DNA of 64,000 nt from Lingula anatina (GCA_051362555.1 CM120646.1:6386001-6450000), one strand, 5' to 3'. Positions 36,771 through 50,005 are shown, counted from the stretch's first letter. Program-made: numbers and translations. The notes: generated by a model from the sequence alone, not told the origin.

Positions 36771-38469
36771 TCAGCGCAAAGGGAAAACATCCGGGAAAAA
36801 ATCAGGTTCATTCTTCTCACTTCCATAGAGAATATTCCTTACTTTTGGTAAACTTCTGCAGAATCTTTTGAATACCTGGATGGGACTTATTAAATGCAGT
36901 GGTGATAAACTTTGTAGAAACCCTGTATTCCATACTGTGTTTTCTGCTGGCATTTCCCGGAATGTCCAAATACATTGCCTGTCTTTTAAAGGTCCGAAGC
37001 AAGTTAATATTTTCCCCGTCGGTGGTTTTAACTATGTTGTTCTTGTCGAACCACGTTCTGAAATAATCACGCCATATACGGAAATCGCCAAACTCGGCGT
37101 AATGTCCCTTGGAGTTATAAGAACGATATGATCTCGAGTTATTTGCGTACACCGCATTGCAACACCCTGAGCTTCAGAGCTAACTTGACACTAACCTTTT
37201 CACTGTAGCCTATTCTCCATCGTGTCAAGTAACCTCTGACGAAAATAGTTTGACCTAGTTTATATAAGCCAATCGAATCCATGTTTCAAAATTTTTCACC
37301 AAAGTTTGGTGAAAACGCTGATTGGTTGATCGTCAATCGGCAATCCTCGGCTGATTCCGCAAGCTCCATACTAACAACATAGTTATTGTCGAGTGCGGAG
37401 ACATCCGAGTAGTTCCGAGTGCATAACCGTACACAAAGAAAGCATGGAATATATCGGAATTGAAACCAGAACAGTTTGATGCCCTGCATCATTATCTACT
37501 GAGGGATGATGTATTTTGCGTGCTGCCCACAGGTTACGGCAAGTCCCTGATATTTAGCCTTATCTTTGATTGGTCCGGATTTGAACAAAGCGCGCTTTGA
37601 CTCGTTCGCGTTCATTGGCTAGATCGTTCAATGAGTCATTGAGTGCGGGCTTTAAATTTGATTGGCGGGCGGCGGGGGCAATCGAATGTGGTCAGAGGTT
37701 ACTTGACACGATGGAGATAGGCTACAGTGAAAAGGTTAGTGTCAAGTTAGCTCTGAAGCTCAGGGTGCATTGCAAAGGACACGGTGTGAATTATAAAACA
37801 TCGCAGAGATGTGAATGACAAACCACTGCGAAAACCACCATGAATTGTGATCTAAATCGGTGATGTATGGCAACATGAAGGAAATTGTGTGGCGGTGGAA
37901 CCCGTTGAAAATAGCATCGAAGTTGTATCTCACCCCCACGGGGACTGGAGCATCATTGATATTTAACGTATGTTTTGCAAACCCAACTGTCGGTAGGAAA
38001 TCGTGTAAAAACAGTTCAAATCGATCAAATGGGTTGCGTGGTAATTTTTTTCTCCACCATCGTTTTGTATCATTCTCATTAGTAAGCACCAAATCATCGT
38101 CCAGAAATAGGTAGTACAAGTAGCCACCGTCCTTCCTCATAGATGCACGGTCAATTGCTTCCCAAAGCAGCCGGTTACGACCTTCGGTGTGAGTGCTATT
38201 CGGAAAGTAAATGTCGCCTGTTTTGTCTCTGTAAGTCAGCCAAATCATTTCTCTATTCGGGGAAACGTTAAGGCCGGGAATAGGGTGTCTTGATGCGCCT
38301 TGGATGAGATAAACAAATTGCGGTTGTTCTGTCCTTTCTTGGGAACTATCTTTTCCTTTGCTAATATATATATCACTGATACCCCCGTAAGAGCCTTATT
38401 TAGTATCCCTATGAGTATCACAGAGACAACAGCAAACAATGCCATGAGTATGCATTTCTTCATTGCCAT
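36771..38469 (-). pseudogene. GT-A-like gene copy 3, pseudogene
   Basis: Homologous to copies 1 and 2 but with a +2 frameshift in a TA run at ~38365, a 605-bp TIR element at 37163-37767, and a 5-nt deletion (CCAAT relative to copy 2) at ~36858. Confidence 0.9.
37163..37767. mobile_element. Non-autonomous DNA transposon with ~77-bp TIRs, 8-bp (or 9-bp) TSD and an internal RecQ-helicase fragment (AcademH-like?)
   Basis: TIRs 37163-37240 (CACCCTGAGCTTCAGAGC...) and 37691-37767 (...GCTCTGAAGCTCAGGGTG) differ by 1 indel. TSD CATTGCAA at 37155-37162 and 37768-37775, single-copy in the intact paralog. The internal + frame at ~37445-37555 reads WNISELKPEQFDALHHYLLRDDVFCVLPTGYGKSLIF. Confidence 0.88.
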
Positions 38470-40538
38470 CCGAGTTCTGAACAAAAAAAGGGAAAAAATA
38501 ATCAAATATACAAAGTTGGGGACCCTTGGAGATAAATTGTGACTGTATATATGCTAACCGGCATTGCTTTTTCAATAACAATGAGGCAAGTTTTACATAT
38601 TACCTGGGATACCCTAACATACAGTGAAGGAGATTGGTTATTATAATATATGTACATTAGGATCAAACTTTAAAAAAGTATTTTCAACTAAATATAATTA
38701 TTATAATGTCTTAAAGAGTACATATATAATACTTTTACACTTGTGCAAGATCAAGGTATTCTAACATGTATTTAGTGAAATTATTTTACTCAGTTGAGAT
38801 GAAATGTACATTAGATTCTATGGTGATTAACCAACCTTTTCTCCTAATGTCACGGCAAGGTTCTAGTGCTGGTTGTAGCTCGACACACAATGATCGTTTT
38901 GATGTTTTAATTGCTATGTTTATCATCTAACTGTATAACCTGGTTGCGTGCGTAGCAGCTATAAATCACTTTCAAGTTTGTTCTCATGGGGATGTTACAT
39001 AACTATGCACAATGAGTCCTAGGATCATCTGAGTGGTTATAATTATGGGTAAATTTGATGAAAACCTAGACGGCTCTTTTCATGATCAAGAAAACATGAT
39101 ACCATTATATTAAAGCTTGTTTTTCAAGCGCAATACGTTTTAAGGAAAAATATAGTAATTAAGCCATGCCCTAGTTAAAAAAAAATAAATAAAAATATAA
39201 AATTGTACATGCAGTTATTTGAGGGAAAGGTTAGGCAATAATAACAAAAAGCCTATGACAGACCAGATCATATTTTTTCAAAGACCCTGTAGGCCTACTA
39301 GAGCCATTGGTTCCCTTCGGAGGGGCCCGTTGGTTCCGTAGAGGTAGCTCCTAATGGCTCCTACTGGCCACTCCTTGCTTTTGTCACAGCCAGATTATAG
39401 TGCACGTTTGCGGTGTACAGTTTATTATATGAAATTTCTGCATACAATGTGAGACGACCTTGGCACAGCAGATGATGCCGTCAAACGAGATTTGGATTAG
39501 AGCAAGAATTAACGAGACGGACGGTTAGAATATGCAACTTCTCTCGTGGTCGAGCACATGCCAATTTTTATAGGACTGCATTTCGTAAAACTTGGTGTTG
39601 TCATGTACTATGATATACATCAACGTGATGGTGATGGTAAATACTGTGACGTTGCGAGCAATATTCTTATTTAGGGGGTCACATGTACATACACATTATC
39701 TGTATTTTTCAATAGACAATCCCGCATTGGTTCCTTTTTCTAGTTATCTCACTGTGTTTCACAGTCATGGGATTCATTCTTGTTCGTTTGAGGAACATAA
39801 GTCACAAGGTTACACATTTCTTGAGTTAAAGGTGAAAGGTGCGTGCTCACTCCGAGGCAGATGCAGGAAATGGCTAAGTGTACAACGTAGTACTCATTAT
39901 ATGTACTGACACACTGTGTCTGTAAATAAATAATAATTATGTAAAAAAAATTACGCTCATGGTCATGAGTCATATGAGGCATTTTGTTCCTTTTTTTGCT
40001 TGCTCTTTTATCCCAGGATGATTATTCAACAAAGCTTTCCTTGTGATGAGAATAATTTGTGAAATGATGACACTTAATACCGATTTAATTTAACGTTTTT
40101 ATTGAGACTCATGCAAATAAAAGATAAATAAATAAATAAAAACCTTTTTCTCCATTTAACTATAGGAAAGGTTTGAAATCTCCAGTTTCTGAGTATAGAA
40201 TGCATTTATAATTCCTGCAATGTCATATTTAATTAACAATATTAGAAATCTACTAGAACACTTGTCTCATCTGAGATAGAAATAATAATAATAATAATAA
40301 TAAAAACTATGACTTCATTTCAAGTATCCTTGTAAAATTAATAACGTAACAGCATAAATAACAATAGAAGTATTACTTGCAGGTTAAAATGCACATCTGA
40401 TTTCAAGATTTCCAAAAAAAAAAAAAAAAAAAAAAAAACCATTGGTATTATAGTGTATTGAATGCCTGCACTAGTACGTTAGTTCTCATTAATGTAACGT
40501 ACATGTATTTTTAATTACACATGTTCGGTCACAATCCA

Positions 40539-40588
<50 letters not shown>

Positions 40589-40811
40589 TATCCTTTTTAA
40601 GACTGCACTTCACATTTGTTCCAGCACTGTGTACAATGTCAAGATTAAAACTGAACTTTTACAAAATCAAATGTAAATTTAAGAACAAGACATCACAGTT
40701 CAAAAAGTTCATCTGACATTTTACTCTCCTTATTTGGCCATGCAGATATATATCTAGAGCATCTCATTTTCCCCTTGATGATCTATCATAATCACTGTGT
40801 TGATCTTGTAT

Positions 40812-40953
40812 AAGAAATAAATAAATGACATTCAAAAAAGTATCTGTAAAGATCAATTATGATAGATAGTTGATATTTATTGAAAGGGCACATTTTTTCT
40901 ATCATAGTTGATCTTTACAGATATATTTTCAATGTAATTTATTTGTTTTTCTT
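40812..40953. repeat. ~55-bp-arm inverted repeat downstream of the WDSUB1 stop
   Basis: TATCTGTAAAGATCAATTATGATAGA (to 40866) pairs with TCTATCATAGTTGATCTTTACAGATA (from 40898), with further pairing outward and a ~31-nt loop. Confidence 0.75.
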
Positions 40954-42158
40954 GATCACACTTTAAAACTAGTTTCCTTGATCGCACTTGAAAACTAAGT
41001 GCTTACTATAAGAGCAAAATTTGGCAAAACTGCAATTTTGCCTTGACTATCACTCATACAGCACATTTAACAACAATTAACCAAGCAAGATGAAAAGTAG
41101 GAAAAAACATGAGATTATGCATTGTTGACTTTTTTGGTCCAATGGGATAAAAAACATGCTGATTCACAAAGAAGAAAAAAATATGGAATAAACATCATCA
41201 TATTATAGAGAAAGGAAATGCACAGCTAATGATGTTACACCTGAAAATTGCAATCTTTTTACAAACACATTCAATTTTGTATTGTAAAAAAAAAAAAAAA
41301 AAAAATTGCCAACAGATGGAGATGAAGCAATGAAATTAGGAGAAAATATAAATAACTGTGTCTTTGCTTATTTGGTCACACTTCCATTTCATTACAGTAT
41401 GATAGTAGAATTCCCAACTAAAAACCCATCCAGCAGGTTGAAAAAAAGGCTGAAGGACATAGCCTTACTTTTGATATAATGTCTTGATAGGGCACTTAAC
41501 ATGCACCTGTGTCTCTTTGCTTCAACATATATATATCTAATAGTCAGCCCCGACTAGTAATAGATTGAAAAAGTATATCATTTTAATCAACATTTCAATG
41601 ATACATACTAGTTACAACAGACTAGTGCTAGATTGTAAAAGAGTATAATATTGTTTTAATCTAAATTTCAATGATACGTATTAATAAATACTAGTTACAA
41701 CGGGAGTATGTATCAGTGGGACTTTTAAGCGGTTGTGCCTCAATATAAATAATTACCCTCTTGTACTCGGAATGTGACAAACAATGGGTGATGAGTACTT
41801 GTAATTGATTTTTCCTACAATTGGCACTTCAATTTACAATTTTAGAATGATTTAATACTTGGACTGCAGAGAAAATACAAGCGAGCATGTAAGCAAATAC
41901 ATAAGTTCAATTATTCCACTGTTCAAAGTGCCAGCTGTGGGATGAGCATATCCCCATCATTCATAATCACTATCTGCGGTTAAGTGCTGACAATATATTC
42001 TCTGAACTTTAACAATGGTCTCAACACCCATGCACCAGTGGAAATAACCTCCACAAACACTTGTCTCTGGGACTACAGTTACTGTTACAGTATATATAAA
42101 TTTGAACTTGTTAACTAGTAATAAAAGACCACCAGCATTCCAGTGAACAACCTTATTC

Positions 42159-45100
42159 TTATGTTTTCCTTTCTTGGAGGTATCTTTGTATTAACATCTT
42201 CATGTTTCGGTTCGGGAGGAGTGTCATGTTGGGTAATGTGGCATTGGTCATAGGACTGGAGGTTTTCCCACTGTTCACCCAGGCAGTGATTGCACTGCGC
42301 TCGTACGTGTAGCCATCTGAAAAAGAAAAGAGTCAATTTTCCTGAAGAATTAAAGTTTAGTATGTTTTCAGGCATCAACATAGTAAATAAACTGTTGCTG
42401 AACTGCACTCGGTGGTGCAGCCATCTGGATTAAAAAAGTAACAAAATAAAGAAATTTAGTATTTTTTTTTCTTTCAAATAAATAATCAATGTCTGAAGCA
42501 AGCTGTTTGTATACAGCAACTCAGTTTATAAACTGTTATTTGCACTTCATCCTTTACTGCTGTAGAGCTACTGGAATAAAAACACAAACACGTCAATTTA
42601 TTATCAAACTTATCATCTATTTATTAATGTATTTATTATTTTATACCTGAAGCCATGACTGGTTCTTTCATAACCTCCCTGGTGATGGGACAGAGATACT
42701 CGTCTGGTACATCACTCTCTGCAAAGAACATAAGAGAACAAAAATTCATCTTCTATTCCAAATGAGAGGGAGTATTTGTGAGGGACCATCTCAAATATTC
42801 TAGATGACAGGAAGTTAATAGTGCAATATGAACTGTGCAACAAAAAGTACACAAACATGAAATAAAAAATTAACCAAGCGAGATTTAGTTCCAGCTTGTC
42901 ATTTTCAAAATTTTTATTTTCATTGTTACAGAATACAGGTGTGATGATAAAATAAAGATGCTTTACAGGGGTCTTTGAAAATAGTTTTCAAAATGTTGAC
43001 ATTGGAAAGACTTGTTACCCTGCATGCATGAAAGTGTGAAAGATAATTAAAATAAATGCACAGACCTAACAAACTAAGATCACACAACTGCTTTATCTAA
43101 CACCATTCTCTTCTTAATATCTTACTGAGCCCGAATATGTAATAGTTACATTATATTATTCCCCCCATCACAATACTTTTTCTTATCTTCAAAAGCTCAG
43201 CAACACAACTGTTTCTTATCTTAACATGCTCATCCACACAGCTTCCAAAACAAAAACCACAAAAAAAAAAAAAAAAAAAAAAAAAAAAACACACACACAA
43301 AAACCCATGACTTCCCAAATTTACATGTATCCTAAAAACTAACAAATTAAAGACTTTTTGGGTTTTCTTTACCTGATGCTGCTTTTTCTTGTATGATGGG
43401 GTGCGCCATAACCTGCTTCACTGCTCGTAATATTTTATTTCTGTGGCCGAGTGCATCTGAAACAAATACAAACAGTATGAATTTTTGACAAGTAAATTTG
43501 AAGTGCATATCAAAACAGTTGGAGCACATTCAAAACAGCAGACATACAGATCTACAGATCAAATATGACAACCCACTAAAAAGCTTGCCACTGAATTCCT
43601 AATTAGACACTTAATAAATTCCCCATGGGATTATGCAACATGCATTCAAGTGGGTTGGCCATATTTGATCCCCCGAATCTGTTAGTCTGCTGTTCCGAAT
43701 GAGCTATTGGACATTTAAGTTAACCATATAATGTATAGAATGTGCACCAAAAAGTGCACAAACAGGAAACAATTTTACTCTTGGGATTTCATTTCAGCTT
43801 GTTATTTTACAAATTCTGGAAGCAGCCCCAAAGAGATGCTTCCACCAACTTCCTATCCTGTGGGAGCCAATGGCACTCCAATAAAAGACTACACAGTCAT
43901 GTGAAAAGCTGCAAGTGGCACAATCATGATTTTTAAAATGTTATTGATTTTTTTAACCACTCTGCATGACCATCAACTTGTCATCAAAGGTATTACACAT
44001 ATACATGTATATTATGTATGAAATGTGTATAAAGATGCAACTAGCAGGCTTTAATGCTACTCTTAAAACCATTTATGCATAAAGATGCAACTCTAGGGGT
44101 GCATTCCCAGAGATTTAGATCGATCTAAAGATTAAGATTTAGATCGACCTAACTCCCTGGGGGTTCAGGCTAAATTGCAGTCAGCCGAGCGGACACCATA
44201 GTTAATTACCCCCTTACAGCTTTTAGTAGGCGGGACAGATGCGTAAGCCGGCCAAGCTGACAATATTCTAGTGAGACTCCCCACAGGGATAGATCGATCT
44301 AAAAATCTATGGAAATGGGGTGTAGGGCTTTAATACTATCCATACCCTCTTACAACCATTCAAGCCCTTGCATACCTATTTCCAGATCTTTCTCCAGTGT
44401 CTCCTGTGTAAGAACAGCCAGTTCTGTCCCGTCTATGGCATGTTTCCTGAAGCGGTCAGCGTACTGGTCAAGTCCCAATTCCTGCACCCAAGTAACAACA
44501 TTCTCCACTGTCCACTGTTCGATGGGCTTTTTGTTCTGTGCCAAGACCTCTTCACTGCCTAATAGGTCTACATATGTTGCTGTGTCTGCAGCGGAATTAT
44601 AATAGGGAATTTACTCGACCTTTTCAATGGGAGCAAATTGTGAATTCTACTGATCCTGCATTTTTTAACTCAAGATGTCTTAAAAATAGAACATTCCTAT
44701 TGAGTGGTGGTAACAAACTAAAATATGATCTTTTCCAAAATTGTGCATTTTACAGATACTGATTTCTTAGAATTAGAACATGCCTATTGAGTGGTAGTAA
44801 CAAATTAAAAAGCAGGCTACTCTATGATTTTATTCTATGTAGTAAAAGCACTACAAAAGCTATGTGGATGTATAATTTTGTGATTATAAAATGATGTATC
44901 TGAAAATGTGATATTTTTGGCCCAGTGAAAGTACAAGGACAGGATAAACAAATTATGAATCTTGTTTTAAGCCAATATGGGCTGAGCAGTTGTAGCCAAG
45001 ATTTTCTAAGTCAAAAAAGGTGTTTTTTTTAATGAGTGCACCTCTTTACCCTATTAGTTGAACATGATATAAAATATACATACATTTTGATTCAGAGTAG

Positions 45101-48100
45101 ATCTTGCATGGCAAAAAAGGGTGATTCCTTCTAACTCCCTCCCCCCAACCTATGGACCTGGGTAGTGAAATTCCCTATGGGCAGACTATATCACATACAA
45201 ACCTGTCAGTTCCTCTTCTGAAGTTATTTTCCATATTTTGACAGTCTTGTCATTAGATCCTGAAGCAAGGAATTTACCGTCACCAGAAAAGGCACAGCAT
45301 GTCACATATCTGGAGTGAAAAAAAAAAAGATCAGATTTACTGAATCACGAAGCATGACTTTTCCCTCTTTGTTTGTCCACTGTGTACACTGAACAATCAT
45401 CCATTCACTTAAAAACAAGCACTATTTTGTTTTTCGAAATCAAACCATCAGTCATTGATTAGGAACAAATCATTAGGTACATTTTAAAATGTTAAAAATA
45501 CATTTGGCTGGCTACATTGTATTTTGTTAGGTGCAGTCCTGTTAATAAGCCACTGGGTAAAGGGCTAAACTATTCTAAAATAAACTCCAATGAAAAACTG
45601 GAAATAAAATGACTATTAATATATAAATATTTACCTGGAGTGTCCTTCTATAGTGTGTAATGGCTCCCCTTTGAGCTGAAACCAAAAAATATATATATAT
45701 AATAAATTCTAATATTCTCTTACAAGATATATCAAGTGCAGGCGAAAACTCTTTAACATAAAAATTTTAATTTCTCAAAAACTAACCATCAAGTTAGGTT
45801 GTGTAATGTGAAACCTAACTGACATCAAAAAGTGAAAACAGCTTGATGCATTTTTTTTCTGTTCTTTTATATTTTCTTATCTTTTATATCCTCTATATGC
45901 ATGTACATATACTGTTCTGTCAGCACTAAAATGCTTAAAACAAAATTATATCAAGAAATGAATAATAATATCACAACATGGATGCTAATTATTTCATCAA
46001 TCAATCATCAATTTCAACAATTGTTTTACAACTATGCAATCTGGGAAAAAAAAACCTACATGCTGCTTTCAATGGAATGAATTGTTTTCTTAGGTGTAAA
46101 TATAAATACAATGTGTATGTATAATAAATAAATAAATAAATAATTAAATACTCACAGGGTCCCACAACCTTACTGTTTTATCACCAGACCTAAAAAATAT
46201 AAACAGTCTAATGTAAATAAATGTCAACAGCATCCTTTTGTCAAAGATAATTTTGAAAGTAAGAGAAAAAGGGGGGGGGGGATATTAAACAGTAAATGCA
46301 CAGATATGCAACTTGACCTGAAGCAGAAAAGAAGAAAAAAAGTGCACTGATTTACGGGACATCCAAATTTAGGTACTTGTACTCATAAAAAACTATGTCC
46401 CTTATCCAGGCCAGGATACAAAAAACAACTGTAGATGTAAATATTTATACATATTTGTTCATGCATTAAGCCCCCGTCACACTTATTCGGAATCAGCAGG
46501 AATCAAGCAGAACCAGCCGGAGTGACTAAATTTAAAATTTCGTACTTCATTCGGGAAGAAATTTCAATTTGACCTAAATTCTTGTAAGAATGCCGTTGGA
46601 ATACTCGGAATGTGCTTGAATCTGCCTGGAATGATTAACTCTCAAATGCAGCTCGAATGTAGTTGGAAAACTAGGAATATAAATAATGCTGTCAGAACGC
46701 GGTCAGAATATTTAGAATACACTTCGAATACAGTACAAGTGTAGTTCGATTGCTGGCTGAAATAGGATTGAGATGCATTCGAATTGCATCCTGGCTCATT
46801 TTAGCAGGATTTGAAGTGTCTTGCCATTTGGGTTCTCCCTCAAATGTGATCAGAATGTTTCGAATGTTGTAGGAATGCCATGAGAATATTTAGAATACAG
46901 TCTTAGTGCGGTTATAATACTATTCAAATGCCATTCGATAATATTCCACTTGGAATGCACTTTGAAAGTTTTTAACGTGAGCAAAACATTTGGGCCGGTC
47001 AAAATATTTGGAATGCACTATGAATTTTTAGAATGCTCCTCGAATATCCAGGAACGCACAAAGAATTGTCTTTCTGATGGCATTCTTGCTCATTCCGCCT
47101 CTAGTGTGACGGGAGTATTACCACCTGCCCCAGAAATAATTTAGGCTTTTTATAACTATATTGAAAAATAACTATGCAATGCTATTTCATATCTATCATG
47201 GTTATTTAATTACAATTTTAGCTTCATGTTAAATCATTTTGAGTCATATATCATGTATCACAGCAAACTTATCAGGGATACATTACATTCACGCACTGAA
47301 AAATATTATTATGGAAAAAATCACAGTGAAAAAACATGTTCACTGAAGTTACTGGCTTAGATTACAGTCAAAGAATTTGCTTTCAGCTGGGAACTTTTTT
47401 CCCTAAATTTGTCATTTGAGAATTGAATTCAAACAATTTTTTTTTTTTTTTTGGGGGGGGGGGGGGGATGTACTTGTTTATATTTGAACAAATTGGATGC
47501 TCTCCAAGTGTATTCAACAACAATCTTATCACTGTGGAGCCAGGCATATCCTGTTTTCAGTAAACAACAAAATTACAATGATAGCCAGACCACAAATGAC
47601 ACAAGTGTTCATGTCAGAAGACAGTGGTATGATAGGACAGTTCAAGTAAACCGCATCTCTTACTGGGAAAAGGTTCACTCTGCTTCAAAATCTGATCTAG
47701 GTTAAGCTGTAACATCATGGTAAAAAGTTCCAACTTCAAAAAAAAGGACTCCCACCCCTATGGAATTGATGCTACAGGCCTGACTGTTCAAGTTTTTATA
47801 GGGGTTACGCATAAAAATTAATATTATATGAACAAAACAAACATATTGATGATCTTCAATAACAACTGTTTTGAACTTTGAACTTGAACTCTGTGGACAG
47901 AAGCAAAACCAGTACCAAGGTCATCTTAACAACCCTCTATGAATAAATAGCAGCTGCTACATTGATTCCTCAAACCACACAAGAGGACTGCAAATTTGTG
48001 CATTTCAAGCCATAAGAAGACAAGATGGTTTTGGCAAGTTTCATCTTTGCATTACTATGTGTATCAGAACTCAGCACTGACAAGGCGTTTAGTCAGGTGG

Positions 48101-49889
48101 CACCAAACGCTGTATGCTCATGCCAAGAAGCATACACTTTTGAAGACGGAACAACAACAGTCGTCCTGCAACTGCCCAAGTCCAGCACAACAGTTAGCAC
48201 TAGTAACCAGAGCCTCAGCGAACTTGACAAATTAAAACAAAACTACCAAAAACAAGCACAGATGATATCTTCGCAGGAACTTTTATTGATGCAGCAGGCT
48301 AAGCAAATTCAGCAAATTGAACTGGAACTCCAAGATCTGAAACTGTTCATTTCTAAATCACCTGCCGACTGTCAAGATGTGCTTGTGTCAGGCAATTCTC
48401 CCATACCAGACTCTCAGATCACGGCGTCATCCATGTGGAATTCTAATCACGGCCCTGCTCACTCTAGATTGTACGCCAACATGGACCAAAATGTTGTCGG
48501 ATCCTGGTCAGCTCGCACCAATGACAACAAACAATGGCTGCAATTTGACTTTGGACGTGTAAGAAAACTGACAGCCATTTTGACCAAGGGAAGAAACCAG
48601 CATGCTCAGTTCGTTAAAACGTACCAAATTCACTATGGCAACAACACTTTGTTGATGAAGGACTATAGAGATGGAACTGGCTCAGTCAAGGTAATTGATC
48701 ATTAATTCTTATCTGTCACACCCTATAAAAATGCCAACCCAAGTGTTTTTATGGTTGGAAATGTGTTGTTTATTTTGTGATGTCTGTAATATTTTTTAAT
48801 CATTTCATGTTCACACCTCTTCATGTTAAGATCAGCAGTCTGGTAACATTAACACTAAACCAGTGGCGGATCCGAAGATACTTTCTGACAGTCTTCCAAA
48901 TTATCTTTGTTGCGTCATCCTCCATTTTTGACCGTCTTCCGACAGAAAAAAATTAGATACCCATCAATGTAAACTTAAAAATCTGACCGTCTTCCGGAAG
49001 ACCTAGAAGACGGCCTAAATCCGCCCCTGTAAACCTTAAAGAAAAAAAAGTTGATAAATGTGCAGAGGTGCAGTAGACAAATGCATCATTTTATGAAATA
49101 TAGAAAAAATTAGACATATCAAAAGTGATGCAAAACGAACAATAATCCAAACAACAATTTGCAGGAAAGTATGCTCGCTACCTGTAACATTGTGCATTTT
49201 TTTAAAAAAGCAGCTACATGTAGCAGAAATGAAATAAGCTAAAAAATTAATTGTTCTACTTTCAGATCTTCCAAGGCAACATTGACTTGGACAATATTCA
49301 CGAAAATGTTTTGAACCCTCCTGTGTATGCTCGCTACCTGCGTATTAAACCTCTCACTTGGTTCATGCACATTTCTATGAGAGCCGACGTGCTGGGGTGT
49401 TAGCAATTTAAAGACATGACATTACTGTTATAAATGCACATGCTTATATAATACCACTTAGTCTTAAATTTATGCTGGAAATGAGAAAGATATATACATA
49501 ATATGTAGTGCTATGCAATGTTAACACTGACACCTTGCCTTATGCTGGTAAAACTGTAGTGGGGTCAGTTAAATTTTATGAGCATGCTCAGTTGGTGCTT
49601 TGTATGGGCAATTAGAAAGATGAATGACGCTGATAGCTCCAAAGATATAAGTCAGCTTAAAAGTTTTTGGCACTTATAAGCGTGCCATCAGGCATTAATT
49701 TGTATTTGTACAACGATTAATTGTAAGACTGCAATGTTATCATTTATAATTTTTATTTTAATTCATGAAGAAAAAAAAATGACAAGCTGTGTTATCCACT
49801 ATAGTAACTATTATCATAATGCTTAAATAAATAATTTATAGCTTAAAACAAAACCAATATTTAATTTTTTTGTCTTTTATCAAAAAAAA

Positions 49890-49942
<53 letters not shown>

Positions 49943-50005
49943 TTTACTGACCCTGAGGCCAGCATATTTCCAGAGCTGGAGAAGCAGACCACCATTTAAT
50001 AATAA

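Noticed and set aside
26462-37131. + strand ORFs of 87-106 aa repeated three times (MNT.MGLI.CS...)
   Set aside because: Antisense shadows of the GT-like CDSs; their similarity follows from the gene duplication.
47380-47700. NF-kB- and STAT-like sites upstream of the nested genes
   Set aside because: Matches are partial, differ between copies A and D, and are expected by chance in AT-rich DNA.
48691-48705. F5/8C ORFs appear truncated after GTGSVK in the ORF track
   Set aside because: AAG|GT is a donor; a 138-nt second exon completes the domain in copies A, B and D.
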